Shown here: in pieces, positions 50,901-64,000 of the stretch
Numbering within the stretch: the first letter of the stretch is position 1
Layout of the letters: each line of letters opens with the position of its first letter
DNA from: Xylographa opegraphella
Lineage: Eukaryota
Assembly (NCBI GenBank): GCA_022813865.1
Contig: JALDZX010000034.1
Coordinates: 1 to 64,000, forward strand
DNA: 64,000 nt
Reading direction: 5' to 3'
The notes under the pieces: model-generated
The model's input: only the letters and a program-made list of their open reading frames with translations
Database searches by the model: none
What the model was told of the DNA's origin: nothing
Made by a program: the position numbers and the translations under genes

Positions 50901-51079
50901 TCCTCAGGGTAGTCATGAACGCTCAGCCTTTGGCGGTGACTGACTCTGTGGTCGCCACCCTGCTGGCGACCCCCAAGCACATTGAGTGATGCATGGTCTT
51001 GGTTCAATGGACCAGGCTTTGGCGTTGTACTTCGGGACGTCCATGGAGATATAGAGTCCAGAAATCCAGGAGTAGCCAT
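47971..51079 (-). CDS. DDHD-domain phospholipase A1 (yeast Ddl1/YOR022C-like); 3 exons
   Basis: RWFYAVD, VPVNEDFLFDV, PTYWLGPIYDVRRATWF, HLILVTHGIG, lipase GHSLGS, FFCLGSP, NIFHPTDPIAYRIEPL, SHLSYW. Confidence 0.92.
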
Positions 51080-52197
51080 CCTGAGACCACCCCGGGTCAA
51101 CCAGGGTAATTTGAAGCGGGCCAACGCGCAAGATGATGAGGTGTATATGGAGCAGGTCGATGCTTCTCACACTGAGTTCAGGGAGTGTCTAGTAGAGGTT
51201 TGTTTTGGAGGTCCTCCTGGGACTTCGTGATCAAGGCACGGGGCATGTTCCAGATGCCAACATCACCGGCTACTGCGCACACAGAGGAAGCACGGACTGG
51301 AGCAGTGAAGGCAATAAACAGTCCTGACTCGAATCTGTTGTACAATTATAGCGGAGCGGCATCGCAAAGAAACCCGAATTCCTTGCTTGAACGGTTATGA
51401 ATAGGCCTTGAAGCTTCGCTGATGGCTGGCAGAATTGCAAAACAACCACGAAGCTACGTAATACCTTGGCATTTTTCATAACGCTAGAAATGAATCGGAG
51501 TATAAGTATTCCCGAGACCGGTCTCGACTCTCGACCGAGACGCGCTAAACTACCGCCGTGTTCCCAGGGCGAGCGCTTCTTTCGTCCGCTTACGGAGTAC
51601 AACGGCTGCCAAGCTTGTCACTATCTCCACCCTCCGCGACACCAGAAAGACCACCAAGAAGAATCATAACGACAGACCGGCCGGCGTCATAGAAGTCTGA
51701 CCACCGAGCGCCGTCATATCTACCTGGGGAATGGGATAATACCTATTCGCGAACAGATCGAATGAACAGAGAAATCAACGAGCTGAACTGCAGCGTTCAA
51801 AGACGGGGTGGATCTGGCGATGAGGCGATGCAGGAGTAGTTCTACCACGGAGAAGCTGGTAGACTGCAACAGTCAGAAGTATGCGGACGGTTGATGCACT
51901 TTAGGCGATGCCGACTTTGATAGGCCACTTGAGATAGAATGGGGCACAGAGGGGGTAAGCAGGCTGTGTACATATCACATGATATTGCAATTGTCGGTGA
52001 GGCATTGATATAGGAAAATGGTACCGGTGAACATGAAACCATTAGTGAGCATGACATCATCAGTGAGCATGACACTATTACTGAGCATGAGAGCATCGGT
52101 GAGCTCCAAGTTCTGCACTCCGATGAGGCCCCAACTATCTGCGTTTCCGTTGATGGTCAAGGCTCGAGCGCACCAAGCGGTCTATACCATCCTGCTT

Positions 52198-53177
52198 TCA
52201 TTTTGAGCCATGGATCAATGATTTCAGCATGGCCTCCACGTCCGCTTCCGTTTTGCCCTTTACCCCCAGGAGCTCGTTGTCGGTCTCGGTGAACCGACCA
52301 CCGTACTCTGGGGGCCCGAACATAACTCGGAAGAGGAAGCCCATCATCACCGACATAGTGAATTCACCCTTGGCCAGGCTCTCATACGACGATTTCTCGA
52401 GTGCTGCTGTGTCGACAAGAACAGGCTCCTCCCATTTCTGTCCGGGGTCGACCTTCTTGGCGATTTCCAGGAGCTGGTTCTGGGAGACGTCGATGTCCTT
52501 GACGTAGACGAACCGGTTCTTGGTCTCTTCCGGGTGAGTCAGGATGCCGACGACCGCCTGTCCCACCGTATCCAGTGTGGTGGCACTGAACAAGTTCTTG
52601 CCGCCGTCGTAGAGCGTGGGCTTCCTCTCCTTCCAGGTGAGCAGCATGTTCTTCTCGAGCCCGTAGTCGAGAAATGCATTGCAGCACACCAGGCTATATG
52701 TGAAATCGGGCTTCGTGGCAGCTGCGTCGCGGAGTGCCTTGTGCGTCGCTACCTTGTATCCAAACACGGGCATCTCGCCGGTCTTGGGTTTGGCGATGTC
52801 GCAGCCAAAGTCAGAGGGAAGGAAACGCTTTACGTTGGCCGCTACGGCGGCTTCGACAAGGACGTTTTGCCCAGCCAGGCCGTCTGTTCCGACGGTCGAG
52901 ACTACCGCATCCTGTCCTTGGAAGGCAGCCGTGACGGCGTCTACCGATGAAAGGTCTGCCGTCCGAATGGCAACCGAGTCTGGGAATCTCGCGGCGGAGG
53001 ATGGGCGTTTGACAACAGTGACGTTGAATTTCCCGGACTTGAGGAGTGCGTTGAGCACCGGCATCCCGAGCGCTCCCGAGGCCTGCGGAGATGGATCAGC
53101 TGTGATTCTGCGTGACAGTGACTTCACCCAGGATCACGACTTACCCCGACCATCGCGACGTTTTTGATGGCAGCCAT
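52198..53177 (-). CDS. NmrA-like / isoflavone-reductase-family NAD(P)-binding oxidoreductase; 2 exons
   Basis: MAAIKNVAMVG|ASGALG Rossmann motif across an intron, GQDAVVS, VKRFLPSDFG, ETKNRFVY. Confidence 0.9.
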
Positions 53178-56100
53178 TTGTGGCGAGTTTGAAAACGTAA
53201 GTCTTGTTTGTAGGGAGGAGAGAGCTTGCTAGAGGGAGAAGTGATGGAGTGAGCTGGAAAGTGGGACTTGACCACCTGGTATGGAGGAGGTTGTTGGAGT
53301 CTCCCTCACAGAAGCACAGCGCGGACCACCAAATGCCCTCGTGCAGTCAGCGAGCTCGCTTACTTGTACCTAAGTGGTCCGGATGTTAGCTAACGTCCGA
53401 GGCTGAGGCGCCGGGCCGGGGTTGGCCGCGGCATGGAACGACGCTGGCTAGGGCTTATCAGCCTTGTCTGCTGTGCTTGTGGCGAGTTGATATCCATTGT
53501 TGGACAAACTGGGGTTCCGATCCTTTCACTGTCGTGCATCGGGAATCCTTCCACTTGCTTTTCAAGGTATGAGACGAACATCTCCCGCTGGAGTTCTCCG
53601 AGAAAAAATACCCACTTGTGAAGATATCTACCTGGAGTAAAGCTCGAGCCCCGTTCACCGTAAGGTACCTATCACCCTAAGGTAAGTTCTCAACGGCGCG
53701 CACGAGTCTCGGGGCTTGTCGTAGCGGCGGGCGTTGCCGGTTGAGATGACGGGGAGGGACCGGGGCTTAAGGTATTTAGTACAGTGCGTGGGGGTCGCCA
53801 CCACTTTAGAGGCAGTGCTAATGCGGTTAGACGATCTAGTACTGACTTAGCGGTATCTAGACATCGACAAAGTCCTCGCTCCTTTTCTTTCATCAGTGAT
53901 GCATACAAGTTATTGGTCACCGCAACGAGGCAGGCAGGTATCAACTGCAGGTGACAAGAGCCGATGGGGAAGGCGACGACACCAACAAAGTCTCTGGCAG
54001 GGGCCTGCAGGACGCGACCGTTGAGAAGACCAGTGTGACATGGTCGGCATGTTGGACACCGACAGCCGTCCTGTCCGCTGAAGAAGCAGTACCTTAGATG
54101 TACTGATAGTCTTTATCTATACGTGGAAGACTAGGAACCGATATCTTAGGGTTCGACGATGCTAATTCCACTTGTTCAAAACGACAGGCATCCCTTTTGC
54201 ATAAAATCTTGCAGATAGACCGCAGCATATGGGAGGCATGCCCGACACGAATACTCCTATTGGCCGCAATGCCTCCACGCATGCTTCCTAGCTCGCTTTT
54301 CATGACCTCCTCTACGTTGCTTCAACTGGCTCCAAGGTCATTGCAACGCCAATAATGGCTGCTATCGCTCCCTGTTTAACGGCGCACAGATTTGGGTGCA
54401 GTCGAACGGAGTTTCCTTCGTTGCTATCTCGTGCATCCCGACGAGTCGATAAGGTCTGACTTGCATCGGTGGGTGGTTGAGTGGCGTGCTTGCGCACGTC
54501 AGACGCGGTCCCCGTGCAGACAGGATGAAAGTCACAAACGCTCGGCGAATGTTCATATCATACGTGTTGCAGCGTTCCAATACGGTATGGTTAGTTAGCA
54601 TACATCAGGATTCGACTTCGCCCATTCTGAAGATCTTCGACTACGGAAACTTGGTGCAGAACCAGAACCTTTCGCCGGTACATCCACTCCTGCCGTCCCG
54701 CCCTCGAATCGCCTCAGTACGTACCGGACCACATTGTCGCCGACTGCAGACATCACAGCTCGGAGTGGCGTTGTATCGCAGGGATGACTACGTTGATACA
54801 CAAATTCTATTCCAAGCTGTTCTCTGCTGCGCTAACGCCTGTTCTGCGGACGAGGTTGCCCGAGCAGGAGTCCAATGTACGGTACTACTCCTGCACGCAT
54901 CGCCACTAAACACCTTATCCACGCACGTGAGCGATCAATGTGGAGGACGGAAGCGGTGAAGGCGACGAACGACATTGGGCCAAGAGCACTGGATGCAACC
55001 GTTGCTTGCTACACTTATATCAGGGGATTCAATGGGGTGACATCGACTTGGCTATGCGAGCTCGTCAACTGGATTGAGGTACGCCTTGGGGAGCTGGGCC
55101 AAGGCACTATCAACTGTGGCTTCGGGTGACATGACGAGCTACCACCTTTGGTACGGTAGGTAGGGCCCAAGCTTGAGGAAGACAGGATGCGCTTGCATCC
55201 CTTTGACAGAAGCCTTTTCTCACTACGCCGATAGCGCAACGGCAGGATCCGGGACTGATACAGAATTCTTTCTTGACGATTGCAGTCGAGGGGCACGCGT
55301 GGGGAGGACACGGCTGAGAAGTTGCAGCCCCAACACTGCCAAGCATTCACCCCGGCCCAAGGAACGTGTCTGTCGTTCCGCGGCCGCTGCTGCGTATCAT
55401 GCACGGGCCGGGCCTGCACCGGAGTGGCGTATGACTATGCACGACCCCGGCCCGGTCCCCCTTATCATTCTTGTTCTGCAGCGGACCAATGACCACGCTG
55501 CGATGTCGTACTACAAGCACCGATTCTCCGACCCTGCCCCGAGAAGCTTTGGGAGCTTGGAGCCGCGACTGCTGGTAGCGTTGACCTCCGGCGTCATTAG
55601 GTACCTACCGTACACACCTTCAGGTACCTCAAGGTCAGGTGTAAGTGGCACCTAACCCGCCGGAGAGATACTGAAGCCAAGATCCGATCCCGGCTCTCCG
55701 CTAGTCCGAATCCGGATGGACGAGCAGCAGCAGACCCCGCACCAGCCTTAGGCACTAGAGTCGATGCAGCCCACGCGCCATCATCCCGCTTCTTTGCTCG
55801 TGAGCTCCGCTCCACAAATAAGGATCGCGATGAGGCTCTTCAAAGCCGATTCGCCGCTGTCGGAGTAAATCAGTCCCTGTCACGTGTCAGAGACCCCGGT
55901 GCACGAAACACCACCAGCCTCGCTTGCAACCCTTGCCCTAATTGACTCTCAAGCGGCAGTCATCCCCACATGCAAAGTCAGCCAATTTCTGCGTCCTTTA
56001 TTCTTCTGCCTCGACCTCGCTCGCTGGCCACGATAGAACAATGACCAATCATCAACCTCCTCCACGCTCCCATTCTTCCGCGTGTCAAAGAAGCGGTCTG

Positions 56101-56593
56101 CTTCCGTAGATCCTCATGCTTCAGACTCGGACCAGGATTCATGGCGGTCTGCAGCTGCTCACGGCTGCCTTACAAGCCGTTTGCTCAGAGGCAAAAGCGC
56201 CATCCCTGAGCCCGGTCAGACCATCGGGCTCCAGGACAAGGATGCTGGTGAAATAGGAATGTAACCTCCGCATGGGTCACTTTCGCGGACAAGGCGTGAA
56301 ACTGATAAGACACTGCAACATCAATGCCATGCTCAAATCCGATCTACTATTACGATACTGTGTGACTTCCATTCATTGCTCGAGGCCTTCGTCACTTGTC
56401 CGAAGGAACCGTCTACGCACCATGCCTGGCTCAAGCCACCGTTGAGAGTCGCTGTATCAAAGCCATAGATCGAATTGGCAATCCTTCGAACCTTCTCATG
56501 GGTATCATTGATACGCTAGGAACCTAGAAAAGGTGACCAAAAGCTGGCTCTCTTTGCACTACAGGCGGCCCCCTTGGCCTTCCTCAGGGGGTT

Positions 56594-59371
56594 ATGGAGG
56601 ATGGTAGCGTGCCAGCATCGACGCCGATACAAATAACTTCCATCACCCAAACAACCTCCGCCTCGCCGCCTTCCCCTACCAATAAAAGATGGAAGCCACG
56701 TCGGCGAGGGGCGTGTGGAATGTGCAAGTTGAAAAAAATCCGCTGTGAGTAGTCCTGCAGTTGGTGGCGACCATCCAACCAAATCAATTGACGGTTAGCA
56801 TGATGAAGGCGATGGCGCGACCACGTGTGCGAATTGCCGAGTACGTGTAGCTAATCTGGCGAAGTGCCCCTGGCTGGCGGCGAATGGCTGATAGGAGTGA
56901 GCAGAGGCACAACCAAGAATGCCAATACATGCTCTCCAAGAAGCGACAAGCCTCCAAGAAATCGGTCGGATCGGTATCGTCGGAGAAATCCGCAGAAAGC
57001 CGATCGCAACTCGACGATACGGGCAATGCCGCGGCTGATGTTCATACCGAAGCGCCCACCAATGTCCCGCTGTCGCCAGGATTCCGTCTCGCGTCAAGTG
57101 GGACGGTGAATCCTCTTGTCACAGGACCCCGTAGCAGTTTGCAAGGCAGACCTTTGTTCTCAGACGATCCGAACACCGCAGGCACCGTGCCTGGGGATGC
57201 TTCGTGGGGCGTTGAGACATTCCGGGATAGCACCCACAACCTGCCTCCAGTACTGCCACCAACGGACATACGCACTGTCCCCGATGCCGATGCATTCTCC
57301 TGGCCCCTGTTTACGACGGACGCTGACTGGGAATTCGATTTTGAAATCCCATTCACGACCGAGACTACGAGTGCATCCACCGATGCGAGTTCAACCGCGC
57401 TGAATGAGCTAGAAGTGTCTCAATTCCACAACCGACCGCCTCCAGGCTTCGATCCCGCGGGACGCCCGGGACAGTTGATTGAGTATTTGAGTCTCGGTGA
57501 GAAGGTGAGCACAGATGCTGCCTTCTTGGTTGAAGTTACTGGCTTTTATACATGTTAACAATGGCTAGAAGTGCCCGGCAAGGGTTTTTCTAGGTAAGAA
57601 ACTTGTTCTCGAATGGAAAAGGATCATAATTGATCAGCTCTTGATCCAGATCCCGTACCTAGCATCGATTATTCTTTCAAGGCAATTTTCTCGGCGCAGG
57701 ATCGAGGGCTTGATAAAATAAGCAGCATCAAGCAGGACGAGATAGATCGAATTTTTGGACAAATGTCTCTCGTACGGGCTCAGCCGCTCTCAGTGGATCG
57801 TGCCGATGAGCAGTGCCACGATGGCTACGCTGGCTGGTACAGAACTGACACGGGCCTCATGGAAAGTTGTAGGGCCGGTATGTCTGATGCTCACGATACC
57901 ATAACCCTTAGATTAGCCAATCCTTTGTTGACCATGAGTAGCATGCTTCCAACGACCGGTAGGGTAATTCAAATCCTTCCCGATTCTGCTGGAGTAATTG
58001 CGAACAACTATAGCATTTCGAATTTCTTGACCATGCCGTATTTCGATAACCTCGTCAAAGAAGCTGCAGGCCGGTCTCAAGGAAGCTCGATGTCAATATC
58101 ACTAATTGATTCGGTCATGGCCTTTGGATATCAAGCCTACCTGACCATCACACAGCGCTTTATCCATTCGGAGGAGAGAAAGAAGGCCGATTTTTATTCG
58201 AGAACAGCGTTGCGTTCGCGCGCCAGGGTTTTACGTTCGCCCAACAGTCTTCTGAAGCTGCAGGTAAGTTGAGAACCCCAGCATTGTCAGCTGCTCAATG
58301 CTAAACAGCCCAGACAATTTTAGCAATGGTCGGTTCGACTCGTCGGATAGCTCAGAGTATCGCTAATCCGACATTCTAGACGACTGTCTCGGAGCAGATC
58401 GATGAGACCATTCACTCTGAACTTTTGACGGGTGCCGTCAGCTGTGCTAGAGCGCTGAAACTCGAGAACCGTGATTTCATGCACGGAGAAAACACGGGTA
58501 GTAAAGATCGAGACCTCGCGAGGAGAAGCTTGTGGTATTTATACTCCATCGAGGTTCCCAATTCTCTGCGCCGAGGAATTTCACCTGTAGGTGCCTCTGC
58601 ATTCATGCTTCTCGAGAAGAGTGTCCTAATAATGATGGACAGGCACTCGATCATGATTGGATCGACCACGCCCCGCCGCAAGCCTGTAAGGAGGCTGACT
58701 GGTTTTCGCTTCAGTGTCTGTATGCCATTGTCATCAGCTCTGCGGCCAAGATGCTCTACAATCAGCGGGCGCTCCGGCAATCCCTCGTGGAGCGAGAGCA
58801 GAAGCTGGAGGCAGCCTACGAGCTTTTGGAGGACTGGAGGAACCACCTGCCAACTCCTTTGCAAGACATCCATAAGCACAATATGCATCACATCTTGGAT
58901 GACCATCAAACGCGCCACATTGCGCTGTCTATATTTCGACAGTACCACGAGGCCATCTTCATGATCTACTTCCCCTGGACCGGCAGCCAGTCAGACGGCA
59001 GAGTCTCGGCGGCCTGCCGGCGGAGAAGCATGGAGCTGTGCGTCAACTCGGCGCAGGTGGTGTTGGCGATTGCGAACCAGATTCTGTGTCTGGACATCCT
59101 CGACAGGTGAGACCTTGCATGAGCGACTCCGCAAACCCGAGCATCGCCGACTAACACTTGTGTCACGCACAGCAAGTTCCTCGACCTGATCTCCGTCTCC
59201 ATCTGCATGACCTTCCTCGACGTGGCGACCAGCAGCGGCGCCAAGAAGAGCATCTCCTACCTCAGCATGGGCTGCGGCATCTTCGGCCGGCTGAACCTGC
59301 TCGACAGCGAGGTGCCGCTGGCGGACGTGCTGGAGCTCACGCGCACGGCGCAGCAGATGAAAGGGAAGTAG
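56594..59371 (+). CDS. Zn(II)2Cys6 transcription factor with fungal TF middle-homology region; many exons
   Basis: Spliced cluster ACGMCKLKKIR|CDGATTCANCR|RHNQECQY; later LLKLQ|TILAM, RRSLWYLYSIE, LEDWRNHLP and QYHEAIF. Confidence 0.85.
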
Positions 59372-60352
59372 AAGCACGGCTTGCGCGTCTATCTATCTAG
59401 AATACACGGGGGGTTTAGAGTGAATATGAGATGGAGGAGAGTAGAAAGTAGAGTAGACGACGGTGACGAGTGCATGTAGAGTTAACGACTTAATGAACGA
59501 GTTTACGTATCACGGCTTTTGTTTCCTTGCCTGGGTGTGTGGTGTTGGCGCTGACAACACCATCCGAAAGCAGGCACGAGATGTCGAGGCGTGCTTTTTC
59601 TTGCAGAGAGTCCAGAGTCAGTAGGACTGCCAATTCAACAACGGAGTCTATCCCGGCGGCAACGTGCTGCCCACCACCAACAAACGACCTCCTATTTCCC
59701 CAATCTCTCTCTCTCTACCTTCTCTCTCTACCTTCTCTCTCTTCCCCCACCCGAGGTTTCACGCTCCACAAAAGCCGCATCCTCCATCCGCCCATCGAAA
59801 AGCAGCCACCGCCTTTGAAGGGATGCAGATAGCTCCCCCTCTCCCTCTCCCTCTCCCTCCTTCTCTCCTCTATTCGTATCCGTATCCCCCATCCATCATC
59901 CATCATGTATGTATAAGAATATAGAAATAAATCTATCCGTCCATCCAGCCAATCACCTAAGGTACCCGGCCCTAAACAAACGGTCCCGATGCCGGACACC
60001 GCGCTTGAATAGGGGGAACAGGGGGTGGGGAATTATTTGGATAGAGGAGAGGGAGGGGGTCTGGCTTGGACTGAAGATCGAACGTATGGTGGGAGTAGGC
60101 TGGGTCGACGGGCGAAAGGAGGGAGCGATGTTTGGGAGAAAGGATGAATGGGGGGGAGGAAAGAAGGAAACGAACGGACAGGAGGGTGACGGGACGGCGA
60201 GACGGCGTGGGCGGCGAAGTTTCAGTAAAAAGGCGTCTCATGTCACGCTCAGAGTAGTGGGCGACGGGAGTGCGAAGCGTCGTACGTGCTACCTAATGTG
60301 TTCTATACTGCGTGTAAACCCCATTGCGTCAGCGATGCGCGTGATCACATTT

Positions 60353-62536
60353 CTATATAGCCGTCGACTCGCGGAACTGCTGCTCGATCGCAAGGGTAAA
60401 GTCTCGCGACACGCTGGGAGAGATGGAGTCGAGTTCCATGTCGGTGTCCGAGCCGACGCGGTCCATACGCCGAAGGAAATCGTCCATGCTCTCTCGCTCC
60501 TGCGACGGCTCGCTCACGATGAATTCATCCCACGTCATGGCTGCGAGGTTGGTGCTCTCGACGGCCAGTTGCGCCCTTTCGAACCGGTCCATGCAGGAAC
60601 GGTGCATCCCGTTGATGCGGTCGCTCTTGTGGCCCTTGGAGCTCTTGGCGAGCACACCTAGCAGCGTGAGCAAGGGCTCGATGAGCTTGAGGTCTGAGAC
60701 TGCCGTGGGGTTGGACGGGTCGCTGATGATGTGGTCGAGGAGAGTTGTCGCTGCCGTGACGAAGATGTGGAGTACCGCCCTGGTGGAGTCACTATTCTGC
60801 GCTAGGTGAGTAGGATTATGGATTCGCCTTACCATATACAAGCATGCCTCCTGCGAGGAGTGATTTGGAGTAATTTGATCGCCTTCCTCGCCTCGGTTGC
60901 GTAGATAAGCGGGTCAGACAGTAACTGAACTTCTGTTGGATTGTCTGTTCCCTGAAGGCCACCATAGCTTGGCGGTGTCGGCAAAGAGTTGTAGACAATG
61001 GAAAGACAGTTGAAGTATAATAGCTGTAAGATAATCGGGTGACGAATGGTGTCCGATGTCGGTGTTTGAAGAGACGGTTCATAACAATCTTGCATGAATT
61101 CGACAGGAACACTTGCCCTCCATGATTGAAGCATGGCTTCGAGCTCGGTTGCCGCTAGAACACGCTCGGCGACCGACTGCTTGCTGGCTTTCACGGAGTA
61201 AAGACGTTTGTAGATTTGTCCCTGGATCATCGCCAGTCTAGCACGGACGTTGAAGAAACTCAGCCCAGTCGACTCGCCAGGGTAGACAAGACTGCTCTCG
61301 ATGTCAGACGGAAGCTCCACGTCCATATCGTCATCATCTTGCGCCGACGGTTGCCCCATCTGCAAGCTGAGATCTTTGTCAAGGGAATACGCAATCCAGA
61401 AGACCCGTTTCCGTTCCTCGATCTCAGCAGTGCTAACATGTGGATTTTGGCACTTTCTATGCAGGCCCATTCTATGTGCGAGTTTCATTGCCCCGGAAAT
61501 CAACAAAGATACCGGACCTTGGTTTGGCGTGCCCTGTATCACGAGTGCCATTCCGAGCAGCGCCTGCACAGACCAAAGTGTGACATGCATCGTCATAAGC
61601 TGACCGACAACCGCAAACGCGGTTTCGAAGTAGTTCCAGCTGTCGCAATCTTCCTCCATGTCTTGTGTTGTCCCATGCTGAAACTGATGTGTCAGAGCCA
61701 ATACAACATTCAAGCATGCCCACCGGCCTGGATCGTTGACGCTCGTGTCGAGAGAATCGAAAATGGACATGAAACGAGCTTTGTCAAACAGCGGGTACGC
61801 GGAATGAAAGCCTTGGAATGACTTCTCCACAAGGCTGTGCATCCTATCTTTGGGCGGAAGTGCTTCAATAGCTCGACCTTTGGATATGGCATTATTGAAG
61901 TTGGAGTCTGGAGACAAGGCGTCTCCTATCAGATCAGCAAAATGCGCTGACTTACCTTCTTGAAAGCGTGATGCCAAATATGAAGCATGGGCATCCTCGC
62001 TGACGGCTGGCAAAGCCGGTTCCAAGGTGAAGCTTGTTTTGGCAGTTACGGGCTCTGGTTGATACGAAAAAGGTGGTGCTTCCAGACCTCTGGAGTCATT
62101 CGCACCCTCGACACCATTTAAGACAAACTGCGGATTTGGCGCCGGACGTTTTAATAGGTCTTCCATCGACTTCAGCCGCTTCTCCAGCTGCTCAATACGC
62201 TTGTCCCTAGATAGAATCAGGAACCCATCGTACAAGCGCTCGACCTCTGCCGTTGCTGCTCCGGACTGACACCAAACTCACCTACCCAATCGTCTCGGCG
62301 CCCGCGTCATGCTGATAGGGGTAAAATGGCACGGGGTCTTGTATTGGATGCATTGCGCACAAGATCCCGAGACTACGTTGCAGCGAATCTTCTTCTGTCG
62401 ACACATATCACACGCCTGACCTGTGCCGGTTAATCATCGATCTATCTGGAGTTCCTGTGAAAGCACAGACTTTTGTGATGGGCAACATGGATTGCTTCTC
62501 CTTGCTAGAGCTCACGAATACGGGGCGTGACGCCAT
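60353..62536 (-). CDS. Zn(II)2Cys6 transcription factor with fungal-specific TF domain
   Basis: ACDMCRQKKIRCNVVSGSCAQCIQYKTPCHF (62416-62325), RIEQLEKRLKSME dimerisation helix, YPLFD, VQALLGMA, AHRMGLHR, EERKRVFWIAYSLDK. Confidence 0.92.
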
Positions 62537-62632
62537 GGTTGGCTCCCGCAGATCCTATGTCACAGAGGATTTGATATTCGTTCTCTAAGGTCACAGGACA
62601 GAATGGTGGGATGACTGGGCGGGGCTGAAGCG

Positions 62633-62696
62633 GAGAGGAGAGGAGAGGAGAGGAGAGCAGAGGGGAGGAGAGGAGAGAGAAGAAGAGGAAGGAGGG
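62633..62696. repeat. Purine-rich (AGAGG)n tract upstream of the minus-strand TF
   Basis: agaggagaggagagg... run, i.e. a CT-rich leader on the coding strand. Confidence 0.8.
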
Positions 62697-64000
62697 GTGG
62701 GAACGAGCTGATGGAGATGGAGCGAGCTAGTTTTAGATTTCATAAGCAAGTCATGTGATCTCAGCCCTTCTCAGCCCGCGGTCACGTGAAAGAAGTCATG
62801 GCAAAGATTTGCTGCATTCTTCAACCAGAGCGACCTCGAGCTGCGAGCATCAGACTGAGTTGGGCTCCTATCGTCCGCCGCTGGGAATAAGTTTCAAAAC
62901 CAAAGTCCCCTAAGTCTCTTGCTGGACTATACTTCCAGATTGACGACCATCCATTCTGCCACAAATGTACCTTAGCAGTGAAAGCTATCACTTCTACGAT
63001 GTCATGGTCGTCCGCTCTCTGCTCGAGGGAAGATCGAGAAGAAGATCAAGACACGTTCTAAAAGACCAAAAGCAACTGACGAATGCCTGTGCTTCTATAG
63101 TAACCTAGCGTCTCCTCGAGAAACCTGGAAACGCTAACTATGTCAATGAACTGAGCGGCCGGAGCACGGGTAATAGGCTCTACACTATGTGACTCGCCGG
63201 CGTCTCCGAGTTAAATACTTCGTACAATTAGGTACCTAAGGATATCACGCGAATCCAAACAAATAGCAATTCGTCCACTTCGGCTATTCAGATTGTTCGT
63301 TCCACAACGGATTTTAGCCTTGCAATACCTCACAGAAAGCCGACACTCTCCTCCAATGTCACCTGTTTCCGGCGAATGCTGCAGACTCGAACACCATGCG
63401 AAGACTGATGCCGTATAGCAGAATCCGGAAAACCGGATTGATCGACTTCGGCTATTCGGATCTGATGCTTTTGAAAGGTTCTCAGCGCTGATGAGCGACC
63501 TATTGGCCAATGAAGGGAGAAGTACGCCTGCGAGAGCGGTATCCACACCGGCCCGCGGTGCTCTGGTCAGATATACGCATGTCTTAACCGCTCAACTCAG
63601 GTGGCGTACACATAATCGCTCTTTTGTAACGTGCTTCGGTATGCTCCGAGACGCCGGTAGCCGCCTATACGTCGATCGTGAATGTGTCTGAGCCGGAAGA
63701 AGGAACAATGTAGACGCGTACCAGCGGCTTTCAGTCCTTCTGAGATATCAAGCATAGCGTGGCTAGTGAATGGCGCTACAAGATCCAGATGCTTGCTTCA
63801 TGCAAATGATTTGTATTCTAGACCAAATCCGTTCACTTATACTGAAATTATAACCATGCACGTGAGTGACTCCTGTTCGGCCCCTTATAACAATTTACTG
63901 AAGTTCCGCTCTAGGTAGTCATCGCAGGAGCCGGTCCTTGTGGCCTCTCTTTGAGCCTTGCGCTCGCCCGAGCAGGCATTGAAGTGACATTAATAGATAA

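Noticed and set aside
52044..52092. Three imperfect ~18-bp repeats containing TGAGCATGA
   Set aside because: Short slippage repeat in a 3' UTR with no further structure.
58329..58379. tRNA-like GGTTCGACTC and TAGCTCAG boxes
   Set aside because: They are in the wrong order, form no cloverleaf, and sit inside a short spliceosomal intron of the TF gene.
59909..60661. 250-aa plus-strand ORF
   Set aside because: Made of a purine-rich low-complexity tract plus the antisense of the TF's last exon.

Overview
Left end of a chromosome (or scaffold) of a filamentous ascomycete (Pezizomycotina-type intron signals and gene set). It opens with a (CCCTAA)n telomere, a ~385-bp extremely AT-rich, RIP-like block, a 38-N gap and a frameshifted ORF remnant. 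Dense intron-containing genes start at only 1.9 kb: RFT1, DBP3, a PEBP-family gene, a secreted CBM/PAN multidomain protein, a quinone oxidoreductase, a MIT-domain protein, a JmjN/JmjC protein, DNMT5 (C5-methyltransferase + SNF2 + RING), a 2H phosphoesterase, RPL42, a PTS1-bearing cytochrome b5-like protein, SCJ1, MRM2, a coiled-coil protein, OST3, fimbrin, a DDHD phospholipase, an NmrA-like reductase and two convergent Zn2Cys6 transcription factors. The most interesting signal is a candidate epigenetic module at 19.2-29.8 kb. A DNMT5 with no N-terminal chromodomain carries a histone-tail-like insertion beside its catalytic Cys. It lies co-oriented and directly upstream of a KDM4/Rph1-type JmjC gene whose Fe(II)-binding HxE motif is lost, and a perfect CpG-containing 16-mer x9 array sits in its promoter. 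All calls come from manual translation, splicing and motif recognition; no searches were run.
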